From: Bryobacterales bacterium
GTDB taxonomy: Bacteria; Acidobacteriota; Terriglobia; Bryobacterales; UBA6623
Assembly: GCA_965203925.1 (NCBI GenBank)
Contig: OZ241924.1
Span: forward strand, 4,085,894-4,149,893
Length of the DNA stretch: 64,000 nucleotides
Direction of reading: 5' to 3'
Part shown: piece by piece, positions 1 through 8,495 of the stretch
Numbering within the stretch: the first letter of the stretch is position 1
Layout of the letters: every line of letters starts with the position of its first letter
Notes under the pieces: generated by a model
Told to the model about the DNA's origin: nothing
Seen by the model: the letters and a program-made list of their open reading frames with translations, nothing else
Databases searched by the model: none
Position numbers and translations under genes: made by a program

Positions 1-564
1 GATCCTTGCCGCCTTGAGGCCGTCCTTGCCCTCGACATGCAGTACGGCTAGGTCTGTCTCGGGGTCGACTCCAATCAGCTTGGCGTCGTATTCCTCGTCG
101 TCGTCAACGAATGTGACCTGTATGCGTTCCGCGTTCTCCACGACATGGTTGTTGGTGATGATGTAGCCCTTGGGATCCACGATGACTCCCGACCCTTGGC
201 CCGGTCCGCGCCTTTGCGGCGGAGTCGTCCCGGGAGGCATGCCGAAGAACCGGCGGAACATGTCCTCCGGCGTGCTGAACTCCCGGTCTCCAGCCTCTGG
301 CTCTTGCTCGCGCGCGGCCGGTATGAAGATGCTGACCACTGAGGGGCGCGCGTTGCGCGCAATCTCGGAGAACTGGTTCTCGACGGGATCGGCCGGCGGT
401 ACCGTTAGCGGTGTGGCGTCAGAGACTGGCTCATCGGCCTCCGGAGCTGCGTCGACGGACCGCGAGATCAGCGTGCCGATGAAGACGCCGGCCATGAGCG
501 TGCTGAACACCAGCAGGGCCGGAAGGATCCTGATTCGCTTGAGGGGTGCGGATGTTAGCTGCAT
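1..564 (-). CDS. HtrA/DegP-family (S1C) serine protease, N-terminal part; gene continues beyond the left window edge
   Basis: Own translation of the minus strand from ATG at 564..562 gives MQLTSAPLKRIRILPALLVFSTLMAGVFIG (signal/anchor), then GSGVIVDPKGYIITNNHVVENAERIQVTF and DAKLIGVDPETDLAVLHV, matching the His and Asp blocks of HtrA proteases. It is absent from the ORF track because no stop codon lies inside the window. Confidence 0.75.
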   Translation of the reverse strand, partial: MQLTSAPLKRIRILPALLVFSTLMAGVFIGTLISRSVDAAPEADEPVSDATPLTVPPADPVENQFSEIARNARPSVVSIFIPAAREQEPEAGDREFSTPEDMFRRFFGMPPGTTPPQRRGPGQGSGVIVDPKGYIITNNHVVENAERIQVTFVDDDEEYDAKLIGVDPETDLAVLHVEGKDGLKAARI

Positions 565-570
565 ACTCGA

Positions 571-1725
571 TTAGACGGGGCCATCTGGCAAAACGTTGAC
601 AAGGCCCACCCCAACATTATCGCCAACTGCGCGCCTATGGGTAGGCTTGGCCGCTGGATCCTTAGGAGCGGAACGGCGGGCGGGCTGCTGCTGGGCGAGG
701 CAGTGGAGCGTCCCTTGGCCTAGGACAAGGTCAACGCAGTGGATGCCGCAGACCTCGCGATCCGGGAAGCACTCCTCTAGGACCCGCAGGGCGACACGGT
801 CGCTCGGGTCGTTGAACGTGGGCACGAGAACCGCTTCGTTGGCGATGTAGAAGTTCGCGTAGCTGGCGGGAAGCCGCCAGCCGTCGAAGTCGAGCCGCTC
901 GGGCATTGGAAGCTCGGCGATGTCCATCTGTCGGCCGCGCTCGTCTCGCATCGACCGCAGCCGCTTGAGATTCTCGGTCAGCGGCCGGTAGTTTGGGTCG
1001 CGCCGGTCGGTCTCGACGGCGGCCACGACCAGACTCGGACCGGCGAATCGAGCCACGGTGTCCACGTGGCCTCCCGTGTCGTCACCTGCGATCCCGCCCG
1101 TCAGCCACAGGACATTGGTCGCGCCCACCGCTTGGGCCAGGACAGCCTCAATCTCGTCTCTCGTCAGCCCCGGATTGCGGGCATGCCGGCCGGTAGCCAG
1201 AAGGCACTGCTCGGTGGAGAGGATCGATCCGCCCCCGTTCGAGTCGATTGCCCCGCCCTCCATGATCACCCGTCGCCCGAGCGCGCGGGGCTCGATCGGG
1301 CGGGCCTTGGCTTGCTGTGCGATGAACGGCGCGACCCGCTTGTCCGCCTGCCAGTTCGCGTATCGCCCCCAGGCGTTGAACCCCCAGCAGACGGCTCGCA
1401 GGCGCTCTCCATGCAGCACGAATGTCGGGCCCGAATCTCTCAGCCAAGAGCGGTCGGTGGGCAGCTCGTGGCACCGGACCTGTGTGGTGTCGGCACCGGC
1501 CCGCCGCAGGGCGCCCATTGCGAGGCGGCGTTCCCGGGGGTCTTGGACGATTAGCTCGACGCGTTCACTGCCGGCCAGCTTCCGCGCAAATTCGACCAGA
1601 GCCCAGCGGACCGGCCAGAGCTTACCCGGCCAGTCGCTTGCAAGCCGCGGATAGGCCAGCCATGTGCAGTCGTGCGGCTCCCATTCGGCCGGCATGCGCA
1701 CCCTGGCCTCTGTGCTGTGGATCAC
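571..1725 (-). CDS. aguA: Agmatine deiminase
   Basis: N-terminal MPAEWEPHDCTWLAYP and C-terminal GQGTLHCLAQQ (catalytic Cys block) are typical of the agmatine deiminase / PAD_porph family. A 4-nt ATGA overlap links it to the upstream amidase gene. Confidence 0.85.
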   Translation of the reverse strand: MIHSTEARVRMPAEWEPHDCTWLAYPRLASDWPGKLWPVRWALVEFARKLAGSERVELIVQDPRERRLAMGALRRAGADTTQVRCHELPTDRSWLRDSGPTFVLHGERLRAVCWGFNAWGRYANWQADKRVAPFIAQQAKARPIEPRALGRRVIMEGGAIDSNGGGSILSTEQCLLATGRHARNPGLTRDEIEAVLAQAVGATNVLWLTGGIAGDDTGGHVDTVARFAGPSLVVAAVETDRRDPNYRPLTENLKRLRSMRDERGRQMDIAELPMPERLDFDGWRLPASYANFYIANEAVLVPTFNDPSDRVALRVLEECFPDREVCGIHCVDLVLGQGTLHCLAQQQPARRSAPKDPAAKPTHRRAVGDNVGVGLVNVLPDGPV

Positions 1726-2642
1726 TCGAGGGACCGTTCTGTCATCTGGCGGTAGGAATCGATCCGGCGGTCCCTGAGGAATGGCCAGTCCCGCCTCGTG
1801 CGCTCAATCTCAGCCCGGTCACACACTGCGATCACCAGCTGCTCGCATTCGCCTGCTTCACCGAGGATGGCCCCGAGCGGATCGCATACGAAGGAGCGGC
1901 CCCAGAAGCGCAGGCCCTGATAGTTGGCCGGGCGGCTTTCGGACCCGTCTAGGGTTCGCTCTGCTCCCACTCTGTTGATGGCGGCTACGAAGACGCCGTT
2001 GGCGATTGCGTGGGCTCGCTGAACGACCGACCAGGCTTCGCGCTGAACGGCCCCTTGGCTCTCCACTTCGCTTGGATGCCATCCGATGGCGGTCGGATAG
2101 ATCAGGAATTCGGCCCCCGCGAGCGTAGCGAGGCGGGCCGCCTCCGGGAACCACTGGTCCCAGCAGATCAGGGGGGCGATTCTGCCGAAGCGGGTGGGGA
2201 ATACCCGGAAACCCAAGTCGCCCGGCGTGAAGTAGAACTTCTCGCAGTAGAGGGGGTCGTCCGGGATGTGCATCTTGCGGTACGTGCCGATCAGGCTTCC
2301 GTCCGCGTCAAGAACGACGGCAGTGTTGTGAAAGACGCCGGCGGCGCGGCGCTCGAAGATTCCTGCGACGATCACCGCGCCGTGTTCGCGCGCCGCTGCC
2401 GACAGGGCCGACGTGGTCGGGCCGGGGATGGTTTCCGCCAAGTCAAAGTTGTCCGCGTCCGCTTCTTGGCAGAAGTACTGCGTGCGGAACAGCTCAGGCA
2501 GGCAGATCACGTGGGCTCCACGCGCCGCCGCGCGACCGATCCCTGCCAGGGCCGATTGCAGGTTGCGGGCCGGATCAGGCCCGCACGCCATCTGCACAAG
2601 CGCCAGAACCGTTCGGTCTGGTTTCTCGGACTTGCTGGTCAA
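1722..2642 (-). CDS. aguB: N-carbamoylputrescine amidase (CN-hydrolase superfamily)
   Basis: The Glu-Lys-Cys triad blocks are present: CLPELF, YRKMHIPD, LICWDQWFPE. The ORF-track version (to 3107) is an Arg-rich extension that overlaps the dehydrogenase gene. I place the start at TTG 2642, which overlaps the dehydrogenase stop as TTGA and gives about 306 aa. Confidence 0.8.
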   Translation of the reverse strand: MTSKSEKPDRTVLALVQMACGPDPARNLQSALAGIGRAAARGAHVICLPELFRTQYFCQEADADNFDLAETIPGPTTSALSAAAREHGAVIVAGIFERRAAGVFHNTAVVLDADGSLIGTYRKMHIPDDPLYCEKFYFTPGDLGFRVFPTRFGRIAPLICWDQWFPEAARLATLAGAEFLIYPTAIGWHPSEVESQGAVQREAWSVVQRAHAIANGVFVAAINRVGAERTLDGSESRPANYQGLRFWGRSFVCDPLGAILGEAGECEQLVIAVCDRAEIERTRRDWPFLRDRRIDSYRQMTERSLE

Positions 2643-3679
2643 GGTCTCAGGACAACCTTTGTCAGGCCCGGCTCTCGGTTGTAGAGCCGATCGAACATTT
2701 CGGGTCCGCGCTCCAGCGGCACGGACGTGCTCAGGATCGGGCCGACCCGCATCGCGCCGCGTCGCATCAGCTCTAGGCAGGCAGGGTAGTCGTTCGACGA
2801 AGCGCACGTCCCCAGCACGTCGATCTCCCGCGTGACGACTTCTTGTAGGGCCAGCGAGACGGTTGGCGTGACATTGCCGATCAGGGTGACCCGCCCGCCC
2901 TTTCGCACGCTTGAGATGCACATTGCCACTGTCGCGTCGGCACCGACGGCCTCCATCGCCACGTCGGCCCCGAGCCCCTCGGTGGCCTGTCGGACGAGGC
3001 TGGGAACGTCCGTGCCGGGGCCGGACTTGATGGTCTCGTCTGCCCCGAGTGCGCGGGCCAGCAGGAGCCTGTCCTCCGCGAGGTCTACTGCGATGATGCG
3101 GCCGCATCCGGCTGCTCTCAGGGCTTGGATGGTCAACAGCCCGATCATTCCCGTACCGATCACAACCGCCGTGTCGCCAAGGCGCGGCGACGTGCGGTTG
3201 ACCGCGTGCACCGCCACCGATACGGGTTCGACCATTGCCGCATCGTCAAACGCTACGCCGTCTGGGATCCGGAAGACGATGTGCTGCGGAACGGCGACGA
3301 ATTCGGCGAAGGCTCCATGGCGCCGGTAGTTCCCGCAGGAGACTCCCAGCACGCGTCGGCTGTCACACAGGTTTGGGCGGCCTCTTCGGCAGAAGATACA
3401 GTTCCGGCAGCTGATCATGGAGTCGAACGTAACGCGGTCGCCCTCACGGAATCCGTCCACTGCGCTGCCCGTCTCGGCCACCTCGCCCGCTGCCTCGTGG
3501 CCCATGATGAGCGGCGGGATCCGGCGTCCGGAGCTTCCGTCGAAGCCGTGCACGTCGCTGCCGCAGATGCCGCAGGATCGGACGCGGACAAGCACGTCGT
3601 CAGGTCCGATGGCGGGCCGCGGCATGTCCTGAAGGTCCAGACGCTTGTATTCGTTGAGTACGAGAGCCTTCATCAGCAA
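2639..3679 (-). CDS. Zn-dependent medium-chain dehydrogenase/reductase (threonine/sorbitol dehydrogenase-like)
   Basis: Contains CGICGSDVH, GHEAAGEV, the structural-zinc Cys cluster CRNCIFCRRGRPNLC and the Rossmann motif VIGTGMIGL. Confidence 0.8.
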   Translation of the reverse strand: MLMKALVLNEYKRLDLQDMPRPAIGPDDVLVRVRSCGICGSDVHGFDGSSGRRIPPLIMGHEAAGEVAETGSAVDGFREGDRVTFDSMISCRNCIFCRRGRPNLCDSRRVLGVSCGNYRRHGAFAEFVAVPQHIVFRIPDGVAFDDAAMVEPVSVAVHAVNRTSPRLGDTAVVIGTGMIGLLTIQALRAAGCGRIIAVDLAEDRLLLARALGADETIKSGPGTDVPSLVRQATEGLGADVAMEAVGADATVAMCISSVRKGGRVTLIGNVTPTVSLALQEVVTREIDVLGTCASSNDYPACLELMRRGAMRVGPILSTSVPLERGPEMFDRLYNREPGLTKVVLRP

Positions 3680-4409
3680 TCAGTGTCGCGCACGGGCAGT
3701 GCTGGTGTGCCCTTTCGGGTCAGGCCTCCAAGTTGCGAGTCTCTAGCTGTGTCGCCCGCGGTCGGCTTGCTCGGCAAGGTCTTGAGCGTGGTGGACTGGA
3801 TTCACCTGTCTGTGCCCCGAGCCCGCCGCACCCGATCAGCCGCGTAGACATCTAGCGCGCCGAGCCAAGGGAATGGTGTCTACAACTCGATTCGGACACT
3901 GCCGAGTCGGACATCGGGCCGCACCGTGTGCCGGACTCGCACATGATTCGGGATTTGATGGCGAGGTGTCCGCATTGGTGCGGCAGGTAGCTTGGAGGTG
4001 GTCTGAGGATCTAGGGGCACCGCCTAGGAAGCCGGAGCAACACTGCCTTGGCGCGGACAGCCTCAGGATCGCACCGTCGGCGATAGCTGTCGGAAGCCCG
4101 CGCCGCCCAAGGTTTGGGGTCCGACAAGCGAAGGCGGACTTGGAAACGTTGTCGGCCATCTGGCGGCCTAGATTCCAGAATGCGTTGAGGATTATGACGA
4201 TGATTCGACAATGCGACGAGAATTCTTCGCGATTCGTCAAGGATGACAAGTGGTACTTGACGATCGGTGCATGATTCTCGATCACTGGGGCCGCACGTGG
4301 CTAGGACAGACCATCGATCCCTACAAACTCCTTATACGACCTCCGGTTCCAATTCACTGTTGATCGGAAGCGGTCCCAGAAGGAACGTCTTCCAGCACCG
4401 ACCAAGTCT

Positions 4410-5651
4410 CTACGTCCGGTTGTAAACGAATGAATCAACCAAAGCGGCACGAATCTGCCTGATTCGCAACAAGGGTCCGTCTGTTGGAGGTGGCTCGACA
4501 TACCAAGGCTGGGCGTAGAGCCATTGAAGTAGTTTGCGATAGTTTTGGGGCTCACCTAGGGTCGAAAATGGCTCCCCAGAGAGTTTGCCAAAAGCCCTGT
4601 TGGACTTGCCGTTAAGACTCAGAATTCGGTCCGGTCTCGCAAGCGTCAGCAGCAGCGTTGCAGTCCCGTGGGACACGTTAGGAATTTTCTTTAGCTGCCG
4701 CAGCTTCGCAACGGCGACATCTGGGAACTCGGTATCGTCGGCTGACACAATTCGGTTGAGCATTGGTCGGATCTCGTCCTCCCTATCGAACACTACTTTC
4801 GCATGTACCGGCCTCATGCGTCCCAGCAGCCCCCACCAACTCGAACTCGTGTTCCGTATACCGCCCTTCAGCTGGATTTGAGAATCGCGATCAAGCTTCG
4901 ACCATCTCAGGTTACCAAGCAGCAATCTCCGACGCTCGTATATGGCTTTCATGTAGCTCCCATCTTGGTAACCTAGAATCCTCCATTCTGCACCTTTGTC
5001 CTTTAACAACTCTTCACACTGTCTAAGTGCTTGTCGATACCCTTCAAGTGTCAGAGGACGATAGACATCGTTGAGAAGATCGATCCGCCGATCGACCGGC
5101 GAAACAATTCTTCGGAAGTCTCGATGGGGCTGGTTGCGCTTCCAGTGTTCCCTATACCGACGGATCATGTCCCTGACGGGGCGGTCCGTACGTCGATTCC
5201 ACCGTTCTCGGAACCATCTTTCCAGCTCATCTGCCGTCTTCCCCGGGCCTATTTGTACGAGTATTTCAGTGTTCTTAGGACCCTCGCTCCCTCCAAACCC
5301 AGCAGTCGTAAAGTTGGCGCTACCGACCCACGCCTGAATCTCGCCGGGCTCGTTCGTGTGTCGATGGAAAATGTACAGCTTTGGATGGAACAGACGACCC
5401 TCGGCACCGACGATCTTGAGATCTCCATTCGTGATTCTATAAAGGTCTTCCAAAGCATCGGGGTGCGTCGCGTTCCCAGCCGTACCGACGATGGCCCGGA
5501 CTTTAACGGGCCTGTTCTCTCGTTTTGTGGCCTCCTCCAATATGCGTAAGTGCTTGCCGCAGGTGGCCCATGCTGTGGCAATATCCACCTGCGTGTGATC
5601 ATTCAGAAGAGTTTCGAACAGGTCATGGATCTTGTCATCACGGAGTACCAT
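4410..5651 (-). CDS. PLD-superfamily protein with a single HKD motif (Nuc/BfiI-like nuclease type) and an uncharacterised C-terminal region of about 250 aa
   Basis: FHPKLYIF...WVGSANFTTAGF fits HxK...GSxN. The C-terminal half has no motif I recognise. Spot GC is 33/60 (5041-5100) and 34/60 (4681-4740) against 39/60 in core DNA (20401-20460). Confidence 0.7.
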   Translation of the reverse strand: MVLRDDKIHDLFETLLNDHTQVDIATAWATCGKHLRILEEATKRENRPVKVRAIVGTAGNATHPDALEDLYRITNGDLKIVGAEGRLFHPKLYIFHRHTNEPGEIQAWVGSANFTTAGFGGSEGPKNTEILVQIGPGKTADELERWFRERWNRRTDRPVRDMIRRYREHWKRNQPHRDFRRIVSPVDRRIDLLNDVYRPLTLEGYRQALRQCEELLKDKGAEWRILGYQDGSYMKAIYERRRLLLGNLRWSKLDRDSQIQLKGGIRNTSSSWWGLLGRMRPVHAKVVFDREDEIRPMLNRIVSADDTEFPDVAVAKLRQLKKIPNVSHGTATLLLTLARPDRILSLNGKSNRAFGKLSGEPFSTLGEPQNYRKLLQWLYAQPWYVEPPPTDGPLLRIRQIRAALVDSFVYNRT

Positions 5652-5930
5652 CTCGCTCCCTTCACATCCCTATAAGGATCCCGTATACTCTGTCACATGA
5701 GAGGGCGTGCCAACTAGGGCATCGGATTCGAGTTTGAAACCTCGCTGGTGGCATTGCCAAATCAATGGCCGCAGTGCAGTCCATTCGACCAGATCTGGGG
5801 CTCAAACGAGCGCGTACGACTTTCCTCATCTGGAGATAGATCTACCAGCCAGAGTAGCGTAACACGCAATCTATGAGCCCTGTCTGGAGATCTAGATACT
5901 TTGCCGTCAAAGTCTTCCGCCTACAACGAT

Positions 5931-5954
5931 ACTAGCCTCGATTCCCAACGCAGG
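5931..5954. repeat. IS terminal inverted repeat (left)
   Basis: 24/24 reverse-complement match to 8161..8184. The outer CTAG (5932..5935) could instead be a palindromic target duplication. Confidence 0.8.
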
Positions 5955-5984
5955 TTTTTTGCCTGCAGTTTTTGGGGTGCCGGT

Positions 5985-7718
5985 TTAGAGGAAGGCGATC
6001 TTGAGAGGGAGGTTGTTGAGCCACGGGATCGTCACGGCCTCGTCAGCGATGCCGGCCTGTACTAAGAGCGGGTTGTAGGCGCGGCGTCCGAAGCGCACTT
6101 CAATTTGGTCGGGAAGGATCTCGATGCGCGCGGAGGCCTGCACGAACTTGCGGAAGAGCGTGCGGGCCTTGGCCTCGGCCAGCTTGCCCCCGAGCAAGCG
6201 TCCCAGCAGGCGGTACAGGCCGGAGGCCATCAGGGTGATCTGCAGGTCGACGTCGATCTTCTGGGGCACCTTTGAGGAGAGCGCGTCCATGTGGAAGAAG
6301 TCGATGGCCTCTGCGATGGCGTTCTCGATCAGCATGCGGCGCGCGTAGCGCTCGATGATCTCCGGCACGGGGTTCTTGAGCTGGTTGGTGATCAGCAGGA
6401 TGGGCCTGCGCTTGCCGATGTTGGTGACCGCGATCTGGCGGATCTCGTGCGGATAGGCGGGCAGCTCCAGACGCTGGTCCAGCACGCGCGGGTTGCGGTA
6501 GCGTCGGCCGATGTTGTGCAGCCGCACCCGGCGCCAATCGGCCTGCGCCGCGCTGGCGACTTGCGCCAGCACGCGCTTGGTGCGCGAGCGCAGGGTCACA
6601 AAGCCGATGCCGCGCCGGTGCAGTTGGCAGAGACCGGGGCGGGTGGTGAAGGTGCTGTCGAAGACCAGCTCGTGCGGGTCGCGGCCGGTGCGCTCGCGCC
6701 ACCAGTCGGCGAAGAGCAGGGCGGCCTGGGGGCGGTCTTGCTTGGCGATGCAGGTGTTGCCGTAGCACAGCGCGCGGGTGTCGGCGTCGCGCGCGACGAG
6801 AGCCAGGATGCCCTTCTGCTTGCGGGAGCGTTTCGAGACGTAGTGCTTGCCGACGAGGGCGTCGTCGCCGTGGTAGGGGATGGTGTGGAAGTCGAGGTCG
6901 AAGGAGTCGCCGCGAGGCAGGCCTTGCTCGTGAAGGGCCTTGTTCCACAGGCGCGCGAGGGTGCGGATGTGGCGCGGGTCGACGCGGCAGGAATACTCGG
7001 TGAGGGTGGAGCGCTTGGGGATGCGGTTGAGGCCGGCGAAGAGGGCCAGGCCGGGGTCGCAGACCTCGCTGTCGACATGGGAGTGGCGGGCGGAGCCGTA
7101 GAGTTTGAGGGCGAGCAGGGAGAGCACGGCGTTGGGGGCGGGCAGCATGGAGCTGCCGGGCATGTGCGCCTGTTCGAGGATGGAGGCAAGCGGGAAGGGG
7201 GCGAGCAGGCGGGCGAACAGGAAGAGGCCGCCGTAGCGGCTTCGGAAGCGCCGCGGTGAGAGGTCGAGGGAGCGCCGGTCAGCGGGGGGTTCGAGCAGGC
7301 GGGGCAGCTGGTCGGGCCTGCGGCGGGGCAGCTTGGGGACACCGTTGTCGGCGAGGACGCGGTGAACGACGGTCTTGCTGGCGGGGATGCCGAGGCGGGC
7401 GAGCTCTGCGGAGATCTCGAGGATGGAGAGGTTGTTCTCGCGGCGGAGCTTCAGGATGGTGCGATCGCGCTCGATGGATACCGGCGTGGGGAGGCCGGGC
7501 TTGCGGCCGGGAGTGGAGGGCAGGAAGAAGTCGCGATCGGGGTGCTTGTCGAGCTTGCCGGCAAGCTGCAGCAGGTAGGCGGGGGAATACTTGAAGCGCC
7601 GAGCGGCTTCAGGCAAGGAGAGGCCGTCGACGCAGAGGGCGCGGAGGGCTTCGTACTGGCGGTGGTTGGGGTTTTGGGGTTTGAGGAAGACGGGGGCCAG
7701 GTGGGAGAAGTCTTTCAT
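5985..7718 (-). CDS. DDE transposase (IS4/IS5-superfamily type; family not resolved)
   Basis: Start trimmed to ATG 7718 (MKDFSHLAPVFLK...). An N-terminal HTH-like region is present, and the C-terminal YARRMLIEN fits the Y-(2)-R-(3)-E signature of IS4/IS5-type DDE enzymes. The gene lies inside perfect inverted repeats. Confidence 0.75.
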   Translation of the reverse strand: MKDFSHLAPVFLKPQNPNHRQYEALRALCVDGLSLPEAARRFKYSPAYLLQLAGKLDKHPDRDFFLPSTPGRKPGLPTPVSIERDRTILKLRRENNLSILEISAELARLGIPASKTVVHRVLADNGVPKLPRRRPDQLPRLLEPPADRRSLDLSPRRFRSRYGGLFLFARLLAPFPLASILEQAHMPGSSMLPAPNAVLSLLALKLYGSARHSHVDSEVCDPGLALFAGLNRIPKRSTLTEYSCRVDPRHIRTLARLWNKALHEQGLPRGDSFDLDFHTIPYHGDDALVGKHYVSKRSRKQKGILALVARDADTRALCYGNTCIAKQDRPQAALLFADWWRERTGRDPHELVFDSTFTTRPGLCQLHRRGIGFVTLRSRTKRVLAQVASAAQADWRRVRLHNIGRRYRNPRVLDQRLELPAYPHEIRQIAVTNIGKRRPILLITNQLKNPVPEIIERYARRMLIENAIAEAIDFFHMDALSSKVPQKIDVDLQITLMASGLYRLLGRLLGGKLAEAKARTLFRKFVQASARIEILPDQIEVRFGRRAYNPLLVQAGIADEAVTIPWLNNLPLKIAFL

Positions 7719-8160
7719 TGAAATAGGAGGAATTGGGAACTTTATCCACCATACCATAATGACGATTCCTGCAGGTGCCTGAGGGAGGGCTCGGAGGCAC
7801 TTCGGAGAGCAGCCGCAAGGCACTCGGGAGAGACCGGTCGACAGGCGCATGACCGCCAAGCATGGCGATTGCGGGCGATATCCGGGCCTTCTGCGGTGTG
7901 GGGGCCAAAACCGGGGCTGAGCCGAGATGGCCAAGGGACGCGCCCCGCGGGGCTCTCGGGAGAGGGGCCACAAGAACTCCTAATGAAACTGTGGATATAG
8001 TTCCTGCTTCCGGTATATCCACTAAGACGAAAGAGCTGAAGCGAGCAGCAGTACCGCGCCACGAGAGCATCGGACACCCTTGGACCAATGGGTGAGTGCC
8101 TGTCGCCAGCGGATCCTGACGGACTGGTGCAGCGATCTGGCCGTCAGCTGAAGTCGATTA

Positions 8161-8184
8161 ACCTGCGTTGGGAATCGAGGCTAG
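8161..8184. repeat. IS terminal inverted repeat (right)
   Basis: 24/24 reverse-complement match to 5931..5954. Confidence 0.8.
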
Positions 8185-8495
8185 TGGATTCTCGCCGTGT
8201 TGTCGAGTTATTGTTATGATTCCCGATGCGTTGGGGGCATGCGCTGCAACCGCTTCTTGAGGGTCTCCGCCCGCGGGCAATGGCTAGGATCGCGGACTAG
8301 TCGCGCAAGTGGTCGGGCCCACGGCGACCGATCGGGGGAGCGAGGCGTCCGATGCCCGCGGTCGATGGCGTTGGCCGCCAATGCGCGAAGAGCCCAACGT
8401 AATTGGAAATGCGGCTCGAGGGCCATCCCGTTCAAGAACTTCCTCGATCGCTGATTGTCCCCGGCGTGGCGGTTCAGCGCCGTGTGCCGACAGCC

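Larger units (their letters stand above)
5931..8184 (-). mobile_element. Insertion sequence of about 2.25 kb with one DDE transposase gene and 24-bp perfect terminal inverted repeats
   Basis: ACTAGCCTCGATTCCCAACGCAGG at 5931..5954 is the exact reverse complement of 8161..8184. A single intact transposase ORF lies between them. Confidence 0.8.

Noticed and set aside
2643-3107. N-terminal extensions of track ORFs (1722..3107, 21501..22559, 39873..42794, 58341..60878, 61222..62931, 62700..63917, 18406.., 38016.., 12535..).
   Set aside because: The extensions overlap upstream genes, are compositionally aberrant, and precede obvious signal peptides or family-typical N-termini. Starts were trimmed to internal ATG/GTG/TTG codons, often ones that overlap the upstream stop.
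3680-4409. ORFs 3836..4285 (-), 3873..4274 (+) and 4301..4555 (-) in the 730-nt gap between the dehydrogenase and the PLD-like gene.
   Set aside because: They overlap one another, their products look non-protein-like except for short AT-rich ends, and they have no motifs. The region is more likely the decayed boundary of the lower-GC patch.
6100-7342. Long ORFs overlapping the transposase gene in other frames or on the other strand (6100..6948, 6291..7259, 6596..7342). Similar cases occur elsewhere (18469..19611, 26733..28211, 30564..31985, 10165..10755).
   Set aside because: Their products are Arg/Pro/Ala/Gly-rich and low in complexity, as is typical of shadow frames in high-GC DNA. Each lies fully inside a gene with clear family motifs.
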